Assembly: GCF_006345805.1 (NCBI RefSeq)
Contig: NW_021834334.1
Coordinates: 1 to 50,329, forward strand
Direction: 5' to 3'
Source: Octopus sinensis
Lineage: Eukaryota
DNA: 50,329 nt
Part shown: piece after piece, positions 23,929 through 35,764 of the stretch
Layout of the letters: every line of letters begins with the position of its first letter
Numbering within the stretch: position 1 is the first letter of the stretch
Notes under the pieces: generated by a model
Databases searched by the model: none
Told to the model about the DNA's origin: nothing
What the model saw: the letters and a program-made list of their open reading frames with translations, nothing else
Program-made: the position numbers and the translations under genes

Positions 23929-24110
23929 CACGCATATATAACTACACATAGACACAAGCGTGCAACAAAAACAAACCCATATACACCACGTACAAAACAC
24001 ACAAATCGTGGAGAAACATCTCTAGAAAATATTGTGAAGTATACGCGTAGACACACGTAACAATTTACAAAATAACACCAGCAACAGAATTATCAACACA
24101 AGGTGGTGGG

Positions 24111-24503
24111 GCGGCTGTGTGGTAAGTAGCTTGCTTACCAACCATATGGTTCCTGGTTCAGTCCCACTGCATGGCACTTTGGTCAAGTTTCTCCTACTAT
24201 AGTTTCGGCCGACCAAAGCCTTGTGAGTGGATTTGGTAGACAGAAGCTGAAAGAAGCGTATATATATATATATATATATGTAGGTATGCATATATATGTA
24301 TGTGTGTGTGTGTGTTTTGTCCCCCACCATCGCGTGACAACTGATGTTGGTGTGTTTACGCTCTTGTAACTTTGCGGTTCGACAAAAGACCGATAGAATA
24401 AGTACTAAGCTTGCAAAATAATGAGCCCTGGGGTCGATTTGTTCGACTAAAGGCGGTGCTCCTGCATGGGCGCAGTCAATTTACTGAAACAAATGAAAGA
24501 ATA
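24111..24503 (+). mobile_element. SINE family A, near full length
   Basis: Homologous to 29862-30300, with internal (TA)(TG) tract. Confidence 0.9.
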
Positions 24504-24654
24504 TATATATATATCATATAATCATCACCCATATATATATACACCCACAGATATACATAGTATTTTATCTTTTCGTTTACATGTTTCAGTTATCACACTG
24601 CGGCCATGCTGGGGCACCGCCTTGAAGAAGTTTTAATCGTATGTTTATTGTCTC

Positions 24655-24738
24655 TTATTCCTTTCTGCTGAAGAGTATAGGCTCGAAACATAAACGACTT
24701 TAAAAAATTTTTCCCGAGCGTCAAACTAATACACCTGC
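24655..24738 (+). mobile_element. Penelope pLTR-like fragment with degenerate hammerhead motif
   Basis: CTTT-CTGCTGAA-GAGT ATAG GCTC-GAAA-CATA; homologous in inverted orientation to 40647-40725 (shared CCCGAGC.TCAAACTAATACACCTGC). Confidence 0.55.
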
Positions 24739-24760
24739 TTGTTGATCATACACCTGTCTA

Positions 24761-24848
24761 AGGTGGCGAGCTGGCAGAAACGTTAGCGATATGATCCGTT
24801 TACCTCCTCCCCCAAAATTGCTGGCCTTGCGCCAAAATTTGAAACCAA
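24761..24848 (+). mobile_element. Internally deleted SINE family B (head + tail)
   Basis: GGCGAGCTGGCAGAAACGTTAGC joined to CCTCCCCCAAAATTGCTGGCCTTGCGCCAAAATTTGAAACC. Confidence 0.65.
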
Positions 24849-25049
24849 CATTTAATACGCTTCCAGTGGATTTTGGCAGTGTTGACGATGATGATGATGA
24901 TGATAATGATAGGAAGAATGGTGACAATTATGAAGGTGCTTTTTGTGGTAAGTATTGGCCTAACGGCAACGATACGCGCTATGGTAGCAATAAATAATAA
25001 TTAGTATAAGCAATACTGGCTGTCCTAATGATGGTGAAGATATTGGAGA

Positions 25050-25233
25050 TAGTAGTAGTAGTAGTAGTAGTAGTAGCGGCAGCACCAGCGGCAGCACAAG
25101 CAGCAGAAGTAGCAGCGGCACAGCATCAGTAGTAGTAGTAGTAGGAGTGGTTGAAGAAGAAACAGCAATAGTAGCAACAGCAGCAGCAGCAGTAGTAGTA
25201 GTAGTAGTAGTAGCAGCAGCAGCAGTAGTAGTA

Positions 25234-25282
<49 letters not shown>

Positions 25283-25422
25283 CTGAAGAAGAAGAAACAG
25301 CAATAGTAGCAACAGCAGTAGCAGCAGTAGTAGTAATAGTAATGCAGGCAGCAGTAGTAGTAGTAGTAGTAGTAGTAGCAGCAGCAGCAACAGTAGCAGC
25401 AGCAACAGTAGCAGCAGCAGCC

Positions 25423-25457
<35 letters not shown>

Positions 25458-25460
25458 TGT

Positions 25461-25492
<32 letters not shown>

Positions 25493-25533
25493 TAGTAGTA
25501 GTAGTTGATGTTGTAGTAGTAGTAGTAGTAGTA
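25050..25533. repeat. (GTA)n/(GCA)n compound microsatellite
   Basis: Read directly; internal duplication of GAAGAAGAAACAGCAATAGTAGCAACAGCAG. Confidence 0.9.
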
Positions 25534-26120
25534 GTGTTGCTTTGCAACATCAGGATAAATGGGCTGGGTTTTTCCGTTCACATTTTAGCTCACCACGGTC
25601 TTAAGTCTTCTCTGTTCTCTAGCAAATTGAGAGCTTTTTTTGTTATTGTTGTTGTTGCTGCTGCTTATGTAGTTGTTTGTAGAGTGGAACAGCGTCTCTT
25701 TCTCTTTCACCTGACACCGGTAAAGCATTTTGTTTTGGATGGCGGTCGTGCAACGTAAGAAGACTTGTATCAACAGGGGAACAACGGTTTCAAAATCACC
25801 GGATGTAACAGAACAGTACGATAGCTTAATGGAACATATTTTTCAGTCTTTTGTCAGATATTTGCTAAAGAGCGACAGTGCGTGTGTGTGCATGTGTGTG
25901 TGTGTGTGGTGTGTGTGTGTGTATGAAGGGGTTATACTGGTATAGACGATAGAGAGAAGGGAAATGTGGTGCATGGAGTAAGGAGAGCAACGCACTAGGA
26001 AGGTGGCGGAGAATGGAGCAGAGTGTCATTAAATGTGGATTTTCCATACTGATAACAGTGGCAGCGATAGCAGTGGTAGTTGCACTGGTGATCATAATGG
26101 TAGGAAAGGTCGTTGTGGTA

Positions 26121-26324
26121 TACTCTTTTTACTCTTTTACTTATTTCAGGCCATGCTGGAGCACCGCCTTTAATCGAGCAACTCGACCCCGGGACTTATT
26201 CTTTTGTAAGCCCAGTACTTATTTTATCGGTCTCTTTTGCCGAACCGCTAGGTAACGGGGACATAAACACACCAGCACCGGTTGTCAAGCAATGTTAGGG
26301 GGACAAACACAGACACACAAACAT

Positions 26325-26369
<45 letters not shown>

Positions 26370-26596
26370 TACGACGGGCTTCTTTCAGTTTCCGTCTACC
26401 AAATCCACTCACAAGGCTTTGGTCGGCCCGACGCTATAGTGGAAGACACTTGCCCAAGGTGCTATGCAGTGTGATTGAACCCACAAGCATGTGGTTGGTA
26501 AACAAGCTACTTACCACACAGCCACTCCTAGTGGGACTGAACCCGGAACCATGTGGTTGGTAAGCAAGCTACTTACCACACAGCCACTCCTGCGCC
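26121..26596 (-). mobile_element. SINE family A, full length, with duplicated 62-bp head
   Basis: Head segment appears at 26468-26529 and again at 26530-26596. Confidence 0.92.
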
Positions 26597-27162
26597 TATG
26601 GTATGGTGAATGTTGTAGTAAAAGTTGTAGTAGTAGTAGTAGTAGAGGTGGTTCTGGTGGTTCTGGCTGTGGTAATCGTTTTAGTAAGGCGATGGAGCAG
26701 TGGAAAGCAAATAAGAAGTAGAAGTTCCCTCTTTCTCGCACTTTCAGTCTGTCTATGTGGGTATATGATGCTGAAATGTTGGTGACCTTGGGTTATACAA
26801 AATACCGGAGGATAAGATAATTCTGATTTTAGTCATCATTATCCCCTCTCAGATTCACACACTTTTGCAGCGGTCCTTCTGGTTTTCTAAGCTCTGTAAA
26901 AGGACTCGGAAGATTGAGCGTCCAGCCAGGCTTTTTGCGACACCAGGAACTTTTCAGCAACATCCATCCATCCATACCTACCATCTTACCTACCTACCTA
27001 CCTACCTAACTAACTACCTACCTACCTACCTACCTACCTACATACCTACCTACCTACCTACATACATACATACATACATACATACATACATACATACATC
27101 ATACATACATACATACATACATACATACATACATACATACATACATACTTATATACATACAT

Positions 27163-28380
27163 ACTTGTCGGTCCTATATAGCTATGATCATAATCTGAAC
27201 AAGTTATGAAATTAATTAAATTCCTGGATGATCAAATGAAGCTGGTCTTAATTGTGAACCTCTCTCCTTGTTTGAATTGAAATTCCGAGTGTTCCAGTAA
27301 GTTGGGGCATATTCTGCAGTTTGGACGTCCACATTTTTTAACCACTGGTTTCGTGGTTGTTGTATAAAGTTTCGCATATGTCAGAAATGTTTTTGGAGTT
27401 TTTACATTTGATGAATTTACGTGTTTTCAGAATGTTTTTCATTTTTGGCTCCCTACAGAGCATAGGTACAATAGTGTTGTATGCCTCATTGATCATAGGA
27501 TTGTGAGTTTATATGTATGATAATATTTTGAGATGAAGTATGGTGCTTCATTTTGTTTCCCTTAGTGTTTGAATGCCTATTTTCTTGACACATTTAATTC
27601 CATCATCTAAAAGTGAGGGTGGATAATGTTTCTCACTTAGTGTTGTTCTAAGTTCTTTCAGACACCATTGCGCAAATCCTTTTCGCTAAATTAAAGGGAA
27701 TATTTCTTTTGATATGTTTCGGGTGGCATGAGGTAAACAGAAGATATTGCTTCGAGTCCGCTGGTTTAGGATAAACGTCAGTTACAATTTGACGAAATGA
27801 TTAGCGGTATTTCGTCTGCCGTTACGGTCTGAGTTCAAATTCCGCCAAGGTAGACTTTGCCTTTCATCCTTTCGGGGCCGATAAATTAACTACCAGTTAC
27901 GCACTGGAGTCGATGTAATCAAGTTAATCTTTTTGTCTGCCCCCTCTGTGTTTAGGCCCTTGTGGGCAATAAAGAAATAAGAAATAAGAAATAAGTTACA
28001 ATTTGGTTGACATTGTTTTTATCAGAATATCTAAGAAAGGGAGCTGTTGTTTGCTATATTTCGTTGTAAACTTAATGTTAGGAGTTATACTATTTAGTAT
28101 TGATTTAAATTCCGAAAGTTTATCAATAATCTCATTCCAAATAATAAAGTAGTCATCAAGATATCTTTTCCAGTTCTTTCTTATATAATGGTGAAATGTA
28201 TATCCATATTATTACAGTGGAACTTCGTATATGGTGAGTTCAAAACAATCCCATTATTAGGTTCGCCAGAACAGGGGCTGCTTTCGTTTCCATTGCAATC
28301 TCACATTTTTGTCGATAGTAGGTGTCATCAAATAGGAAACAATTCTTCTGAAGTATAAATTTTAAAGTTTCGATAATAGA
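27163..28380 (-). mobile_element. Penelope-like element (PLE) ORF remnant: RT, thumb, Cys linker and start of GIY-YIG endonuclease; interrupted by a SINE
   Basis: Minus-strand translation: LKFILQKNCFLFDDTYYRQKCEIAMETKAAPVLANL; WKRYLDDYFIIW (YLDD 28152-28163); IKFT..LPFLDILI; YLLFTSCHPKHIKRNIPF; KCGRPNCRICP (27304-27333); SRNLINFITC..SYIGPT (YIG 27172-27180). Confidence 0.93.
27792..27993 (+). mobile_element. 5'-truncated SINE family B inserted in the PLE, 12-bp TSD
   Basis: AGTTACAATTTG at 27780-27791 and 27994-28005; tail (AAGAAAT)n. Confidence 0.92.
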
Positions 28381-28396
28381 ATGAAAATAACTCCTA

Positions 28397-28429
28397 TGTC
28401 ATGATTAGCGAAAGCGAAACCGGTCGACA
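28397..28429 (+). ncRNA. Minimal type I hammerhead ribozyme motif (PLE type) with A3-U8 core variant
   Basis: TGTC-ATGATTA-GC GAAA GC-GAAA-CCGG-TC-GACA: stem I TGTC/GACA, stem II with GNRA loop, palindromic stem III ACCGGT, GUC site after 28425; lies about 17 bp from the PLE ORF breakpoint. Confidence 0.75.
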
Positions 28430-28742
28430 ACCACAATACTCTTTCATTTAAAATATATTAAAATATAAGTAAACTGTGTTGTATTTTCCTCCTTTTGTTT
28501 TATATGTGTGTATATATATATAATACAAATTTATGTGTGTACGTGTGTACGTGCGCGCGTGTGTGTGAGTGCTTTTGCGCTTTGTATTCGTACCTTAACC
28601 ACCGATTCACAACAAGTGTTGATGTGTTTATGTCCCCTGCAGCTGGCTTTGATAGGTATAGAAACAGCGCTTGAGGTAGCTGCTTTGGCAGCTGAACTTG
28701 TATTTATGTCTGTCTGTCTGTATTTATGTATGTATATAAATA

Positions 28743-28974
28743 AGTGGTCTGATCAATAAGTATCCGGGCTGTTGCTATAGTAACGAAGCTAAAGCATAGA
28801 GAGTGAAGCCGCTTGACACAGATTGACCTTGGACGTTGTTGTCCATGCGCACTACATTTCAACATTCTGGCTCGCTTCCGGTCTTTACAGCAGTGCTTGG
28901 AAGGTAGGTGTGTAGCGGGTGATCATAGTATTCGTTACTACGGCAACAGTGCGGATACTTATTGATCAAACCTC

Positions 28975-28975
<1 letters not shown>
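28743..28975. mobile_element. Tc1/mariner-type MITE (233 bp, ~45-bp TIRs, TA TSD)
   Basis: TA|AGTGGTCTGATCAATAAGTATCCGGGCTGTTGCTATAGTAACGAA ... TTCGTTACTACGGCAACAGTGCGGATACTTATTGATCAAACCTCG|TA. Confidence 0.88.
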
Positions 28976-29046
<71 letters not shown>

Positions 29047-29088
29047 TATATATAAATAGAGAGAGAGAGAGAGAGAGCCTGTATTGAG

Positions 29089-30430
29089 ATTTCTGTGAAA
29101 TTACCTATTCACAACTTGGAATTCTTCAGTGGAATTATGTGTCGACCTATGAAAAATTTACCGTGAAATGTACTGTCGATATATAAAACTTTCTGTAAAA
29201 TTACGTGTCTCAATATATAGAATTTTATAAGTATATAGAATTTTCTATGAAATTACGTGTCAACTTATAAAATGTCTCTGTGAAATTACGTGTCGCCTTA
29301 TATGGAAGTTTCTAGGAAATTGTGTGTCAATCTATATAGAAGTTTCTGAAGTCTTACGTGTCGATTTATAAAAATGTTGCTGTGAAATTACTTACAAACT
29401 TCTATAGAAATTGTTTGTTGAATTTCGTTGCGACATTGACAGTCGTTTATGTGAAGTTACGTTTCAAGTAATTTTCTGTGATCTTAGGACTCAACGTCTT
29501 TGGAATTTTCTGTGAATTTGTGAGTTGGACTAAGCAGAATTTGCCCTGATATTACCTGTGGACCTATATAGATAGTTTGTAATAAATTATGTATTGTCTT
29601 AGGAAACATTTCTGTGAATTTGCGTTTCGAAATTACGTCTCAACTTCTATAAGTTTCTGATAGGTTATGTGTCGGCCTAAATAAAATCTGTAAAATTGTT
29701 TCAAATTGTTCTGCAGTTACGTATCGAACAACCTGGAATTTTTACTGTGAATTCGTGTGTCGACCTATACAGTAGTTCCTCTCAAATTACCCGTCGACTT
29801 ATTTAGAAGTTTCTGCTAAATTGTGTCGCCGACCTATTCAAAAAAGTATGTGAAATAACATGGCGCAGGAATGACTGTGTGGTAAGTAGCTTGCTTACCA
29901 ACCATATGGTCCCGGATTCAGTTCCACTGTGTGGCACCTTGGGCAAGTGTCTTCTACTATAGCCTCAGGCCGACCGAAGCCTCCCGAGTGGATTTGGTAG
30001 ACGGAAACTGGAAGAAGCCCTTCGTATATGTATATATATAAATATATATATATATATGTATGTATGTATGTATGTGTGTGTATATATTTGTGTGTCTGTT
30101 TGTCCCCCCCAGTATCGCTTGACAACCGATGCTGGTGTGTTTATGTCCCCGTAACTTAGCGGTTCGGAAAAAAGAGAGCTATAGAATAAGTACCTCGCTT
30201 ACAAAGAATAAGCTCTGGGTTCGATTTGCTTGATTATAAAGGCGGTGCTCCAGCATGGCCGCAGACAAATGACTGAAACAAGTAAAAGAGTAAAACGAGT
30301 ATATACAAAAACTTCAGTGAAAGTACGTTTGGATTTATTGGAAAAATTCAATAAAATTGATTGTTTCTGTGAAATGATACAAACATGTTTATTAATTACC
30401 TGTGTCTGTGTGTAATTGGAATTTTCTGTG
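29089..30430. repeat. Old diverged ~34-bp minisatellite (approx. TTTCTGTGAAATTACGTGTCGACCTATATAGAA), interrupted by a SINE
   Basis: More than 20 degenerate units in 29089-29860, and a few more at ~30303-30430. Confidence 0.8.
29862..30300 (+). mobile_element. SINE family A, full length
   Basis: GGCGCAGGAATGACTGTGTGGTAAG head through GAAACAAGTAAAAGAGTAAAA tail. Confidence 0.93.
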
Positions 30431-30984
30431 AGTACCATGGTTCCGCATTTGTATAGCCACCGTCCGATGGTGGTAACCATTAAAAGATTAAAACAATGTC
30501 TGTATATCACTGTATATGTATATCACTGTTTTTATTTGGGTGCATCTGTGTATATATATATATATATATGTGTGTTATAGATACATCAGTGGGTGTTTAT
30601 GTGTGTTTGTATACAATTTTGAATATGTTTTGCATGTATTTATTTAAGTGTATGTGTGTGTGAGTACGTGTGTGTGTATTTATGTACGTTTTCATGTATA
30701 TGATAATATGTGGGCGTGTTTTGTGCTCATGTTTAATCTGTATGTGTATGTGTCTATTTATATGTGCGTGTTGGTATGTATTTATATGTATGGGCCTGAG
30801 TGTTTGCAGTACAGATATGTACACATTTGCATATAAATTTATGTCTGAAAGTGTATGTTTCTGTGTGTGTATTTATGCATGTGTTTGTGTCTATTTACTT
30901 TTATATACATGTTGATATATAAACATATCTCGATATATATATATATAGTTGTATACAAATATATAAATATATATATATATATAT

Positions 30985-31182
30985 TAAGGTATGTAGAAAA
31001 ATACAACATGGACAAGAACGTATAACTCTTAGAAGACGATATATAGGTAAACAGTAAAAATAATTACAGACATGGACAAGAACATGAAACACCATAGAGA
31101 CGACACAAGAACCACAGGACGGGACATTCGAAGCCCTCAGTCATCAGTCAAGAACCAGATCATCTTAGCAATTTCGGCTGAT
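30985..31182. repeat. Short (TA)n-embedded repeat fragment, possibly PLE pLTR-derived
   Basis: ACATGGACAAGAAC direct repeat; minus-strand CTGATGA and CCGAAATTGC motifs; flanked by (TA)n. Confidence 0.35.
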
Positions 31183-31247
31183 ATATATATATATATATAT
31201 ATAATTATATATATATAACATATATATATATATTATATATATATAAT

Positions 31248-31318
<71 letters not shown>

Positions 31319-31362
31319 ATATATATATCCATACATACATAATATATATATCTATATATACA

Positions 31363-31412
<50 letters not shown>

Positions 31413-31417
<5 letters not shown>

Positions 31418-31950
31418 CAAAGCGCCCCCCGCCCAATGGACGTGTGAGTTGTCAAAATTTAAACCAAATTTTGTCAAAACAACTTGTCCGACTGTCTCAG
31501 AGACCTCCCCCTTGAGAAACACTGATTTAAATTTGAGACAACAGCAAAAGAAGAAATAAAGATAGACTTTTTTCTATTCCAAAGAAAAACGATTTTATTC
31601 ACACAAATATGCAACTGAAGAGTTTAAAGTACCAGTAATGATGAGGCTGTTGACTGGGAGAACACAAACATGGTTTAAATAGTAAGCGTGGCAGGAAAGA
31701 AACGTGCCTTTAAGAAGAACAAAAATAACAAAAAAATGGAAGGTGCAGTTATGTACAGGTTGACGGAAGAAAAGCAGGACAAAAACAGCTTTATCGATCG
31801 CATTTTCACCTGGAATCGATTTTTGTAATTTTTTTCAAGACTTATGCACGCCCTAATACCGTCGGTATCTACATACCAAATTTGAGCGCAATCGGATAGA
31901 GGATGCCCGAGAAGACACACAGACAGACAGACAGAACGGATTTTATATAA
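31413..31950. mobile_element. Non-autonomous Helitron/Helentron-like element (Lep1/DINE-like architecture)
   Basis: Terminal region ATCTACATACCAAATTTGAGCGCAATCGG..(CAGA)n..TTTTATATA resembles such elements; inserted in (TA)n. Family resemblance is from memory. Confidence 0.5.
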
Positions 31951-32491
31951 CATATATATATATATGTTGTGTATTTATCAGTCAGTTCGGGTGTATGTTC
32001 TTTTATTATTTTACTCGTTTCAGCCATGCAGCTACGGTCATGCTGGAGCACCACTGTGGTGCTGGAGCATATATATGTATAATCGGAGTATATGTGTGCT
32101 TATTTATGGATCGTCGTGTGTTTTTATGAGTGTGTATATATGTATGTTTACATCAATATGCATTTACGCGGATGTGTGTTAACAGCTTTATCTGTGGATG
32201 TATGTGTTTATATAGAGGTTTGTGTACGTTTATATATATTGTATGTTTGAATACAAATTTCTTTATTTTATCTGTGTTTGTATATAGAGCTGTGTGTCTG
32301 TTTGTATACACGCTTCTATGTTCGTTGTGTATATACATGAACATTTGTATTCAGGACTGTGTGTATATATGTGTGTGTATTTATACATAAATCCCTGTGT
32401 TTCTATGAGATCATGGTGACAGATCTCTACATGACTGCGTGCATGTGTATGTATGCCTGTGTATGAATATACCTGTGTGTGTGTGTGTGTG

Positions 32492-32525
<34 letters not shown>

Positions 32526-33104
32526 AGTGTCTATGAATGCATCTGCAATATTTGTGTGTAAGCAGTACTCAAGATGGTGTAAAGTATCAAATCCGGCTCT
32601 CTATTGCGTCGTGTGTCGCTATACAGTATCTACCTTACCCCCTAACCCGCAAAATATAATGTACACACCATGTGGGAATTGAACCCACATCCGCTCTGCT
32701 TTCATTAACAGCCACACACATTACTTTCACGTAACCTGCTGTTATAAGAGTAATGTTTGTAACATCAACAATAGAGGTAGACGGATGACTCAAAAATAAG
32801 CCATGACACACTTAAACGTTCACGTATACACACATGTACACACACACGCACGCGCACCTGCCCTTACACATTTGAAGGTGTACAATTCGGAGATACAAAC
32901 AGACATAAACAAATATACGGGAATCCCCTTGTAAATTGATCCGTTCTGGGTTCAAATCCTGCCCAGGTCGATTTTGTCTCATTCCGGATTCAATGAAATA
33001 AGGCAATGGTCGGTTCCGGGCCATTGTAGAAGAAAAAAAGGGTTGTCCAAGAGCCCTACCTTGTAAAAGGAGGAAAAAAATAATTCCTCTCCTCCTTCCC
33101 ACAT

Positions 33105-33268
33105 CAGCATCGTCATCGTCGTCGTCGTTGTCATCATCATCATCGTCATCATCATGATCATCATGATCATGATGATGATGATCATCATCATTAGAATCAT
33201 CATCGTCATCATCATGGTCATCGTCGTCGTTATCCTCATCATCGTCATCATCATCATCGTCGTCATCG

Positions 33269-33305
<37 letters not shown>

Positions 33306-33358
33306 CATCGTCATCATCGTCGTCGTCGTCGTCATCATCGTCGTCGTCATCATCATCG

Positions 33359-33422
<64 letters not shown>
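33105..33422. repeat. (CAT/CGT)n microsatellite
   Basis: Read directly from sequence. Confidence 0.95.
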
Positions 33423-33841
33423 TTTCTTCGTTGTAATCGATGTCGCCATTTCCACCCTGGTAGTGACAGATGATATGAACCACAGAGATGTCAGTGTGCC
33501 AATCTGTCACTTGTAACAAATAGTAGCGGGCTATGAGAGGTTTTCCACTTTTTTTTTCTTAAAGAATGACGATTCGGAGTGCGACAGGAAGCGAGTTCGA
33601 TTAACAGTGAGGTAATTGTTAAACGCGTGCTGGTAGTACAGGGTAGATAGTATTCGCTGTGGTGTTTAGTAAAGAGTGTTTGTTTATTAGGCATAGTGGT
33701 GGCAGGATTTGTATCAGCAGCTGTGCCATCATCATCATCATCATCATTATCATCATCACGTTCTTCTTCTTCTTCTTCTTCTTCTTCTTCTTCTTCTTCT
33801 TCTTCTTCTTCTTCTTCTTCTTCTTCTTCTTCTTCTTCTTC

Positions 33842-33980
33842 TTCAAATTCCGCCGAGGTCGACTTTGCCTTTCATCCTTTCGGGATCGATTAAGTAAGTA
33901 CCAGTTACGCACTGGATTCGATGAAGTCGATTTAATCCCTTCCCCTAAATTAAGGCATTGTGCATCAGTACAAAGCATAT
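33842..33980 (+). mobile_element. 5'-truncated SINE family B
   Basis: TTCAAATTCCGCCGAGGTCGACTTTGCCTTTCATCCTTTCGGG..GTACCAGTTACGCACTGG. Confidence 0.85.
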
Positions 33981-34024
33981 TATTATCATTATTATTTTAT
34001 TATTATTATTATTATTAATATTAA

Positions 34025-34059
<35 letters not shown>

Positions 34060-34064
34060 TTATT

Positions 34065-34613
34065 GAGTGAAGAGCAGTTCATGCCATCAAAGTGACACTG
34101 GGTAAAATATACGAAGCCCAATATACCCATCATGACTCCCGTCTGATAAAGGTACACAGGCACATCATCACAACCATATGTGCGCGACATGGTGATCTCA
34201 TATCAAGATAAACAGCACATGACCTTGCAGGTGGGGCCCAGTTAGAATTTTTTCAGGTTGAGTAGCCCATCCCGCTCAAACGGTCCCTGAATAAGGGTTG
34301 TTTAAAGATGTGAAAGAACCACCCATGTTTCCAGAGGTGAACTATTCAAACCCCCAAAGAATCCCTCTCAACACATGGCTATGATGCTCCCCCCCTACTT
34401 ATTCTGCTCGTGATCAGAGATGCACATATCGTCAGCCACTAAGGGGCATGCTCAACTGGTTAAGGTCAAACAACTGACAAGCAATCTGTGGGTATGGAGC
34501 AGAATATTTGCTGTAGCCCATCTTTTATACCAAGACAAAACAATGTACATGATAACACTTCCAATCAGTTAGATCAGAAGCCATGAGAACCACTTCCTGG
34601 TACTGCATCAGGC

Positions 34614-34614
<1 letters not shown>
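34065..34614. mobile_element. (ATT/TAA)n-embedded interspersed repeat, copy 4 (full length)
   Basis: Colinear with 9665-10210; (ATT)n on both sides. Confidence 0.85.
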
Positions 34615-34661
<47 letters not shown>

Positions 34662-34733
34662 CATCATCATCATCATCATCATCATTATTATTATTACTAT
34701 CATCATCATCATCATATCTCATCATCATCATCA

Positions 34734-34775
<42 letters not shown>

Positions 34776-34996
34776 TATTATTATAAAACGATGACGATAT
34801 AAGAAAAGACAACCATAATGATAGAGGTTATTGACGATGTGACGGTGATGAAGAGTGTAATGGTGGCGGTTGATACTGATGAGGTTGATGACGACGACGA
34901 CGACGATGATAATGAAGATGACGATGATGATAGTAGTGGTGGTGGTGGTGTTGGTGTTGGTGGTGGTGGTGGTAATGATAATGATGGTGATGAAGG

Positions 34997-35108
34997 GATG
35001 AGGAGGATGAGATGGATGAAGAAGATGAGGTGGATGAGAAGGATGAGGTGGATGAGGAGAATGAGGTGGAGAATGAGGTGGATGAGGGGGATGAGGTGGA
35101 TGAGGATG
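34997..35108. repeat. 9-bp GATGAGGTG tandem repeat
   Basis: About 12 degenerate units. Confidence 0.85.
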
Positions 35109-35355
35109 TTGATAATGACGACGCTGACTCTAAGCAACGATGACGATGATGATGATGATGATGATGATATGATGATGATGATGATGATGGTAATTATGAC
35201 GATGCCTACGGTGATGACGAGGTGTTTACCTGTACTCAATTTCCATGGTATTTTCCACAACCAACCCATTAACATAAAAAGAAAAGCTGTTATCAAAACA
35301 TTATCGGTCTGTTTGGAAGGGAAGTACACGTTGTTGGGGAAAGGTGGGAGACATG

Positions 35356-35733
35356 GAAGAAGAAGAAGAATAAGAAGAAGAAAAGAAGAAGAAGAAGAAG
35401 AAGAAGAAGAAGAAGAAGAAGAAGAAGAAGATAAGAAGAAAAGAAGAATGAAAAGATAATAATAAGAAGAAAATAAGAAGAAAAGAAGAAGAAGAAGAAG
35501 AAGAAGAAGAAGAAGACGAAGAAGAAGTTAAAGAAGAAAAGAAGAAGACGAAGAAGAAGAAGAAGAAGAAGAAGACGAAGGAAGAAGTTAAAGAAAAAAG
35601 ACGAAGTTAAAGAAGGAAGGAGAAGAAGAAGAAGAGAAGAAGAAGAAGAAGAAGAAGAAAAAAGAAGAAGAAAAAGAAGAAGGAGAAGAAGAAGAAGAAG
35701 AAGAAGAAGAAGAAGAAGAAGAAGAAGAAGAAG

Positions 35734-35763
<30 letters not shown>
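35356..35763. repeat. (GAA)n polypurine tract
   Basis: Read directly from sequence. Confidence 0.95.

Positions 35764-35764
<1 letters not shown>

Noticed and set aside
29089-29860. CRISPR-like ~34-bp periodicity
   Set aside because: Units are contiguous and degenerate with no unique spacers; no cas genes; eukaryotic context.
31119-31160. Minus-strand CTGATGA..GAAT GTC as a hammerhead
   Set aside because: No GAAA box and no consistent stems I and II; not counted among the ribozyme motifs.
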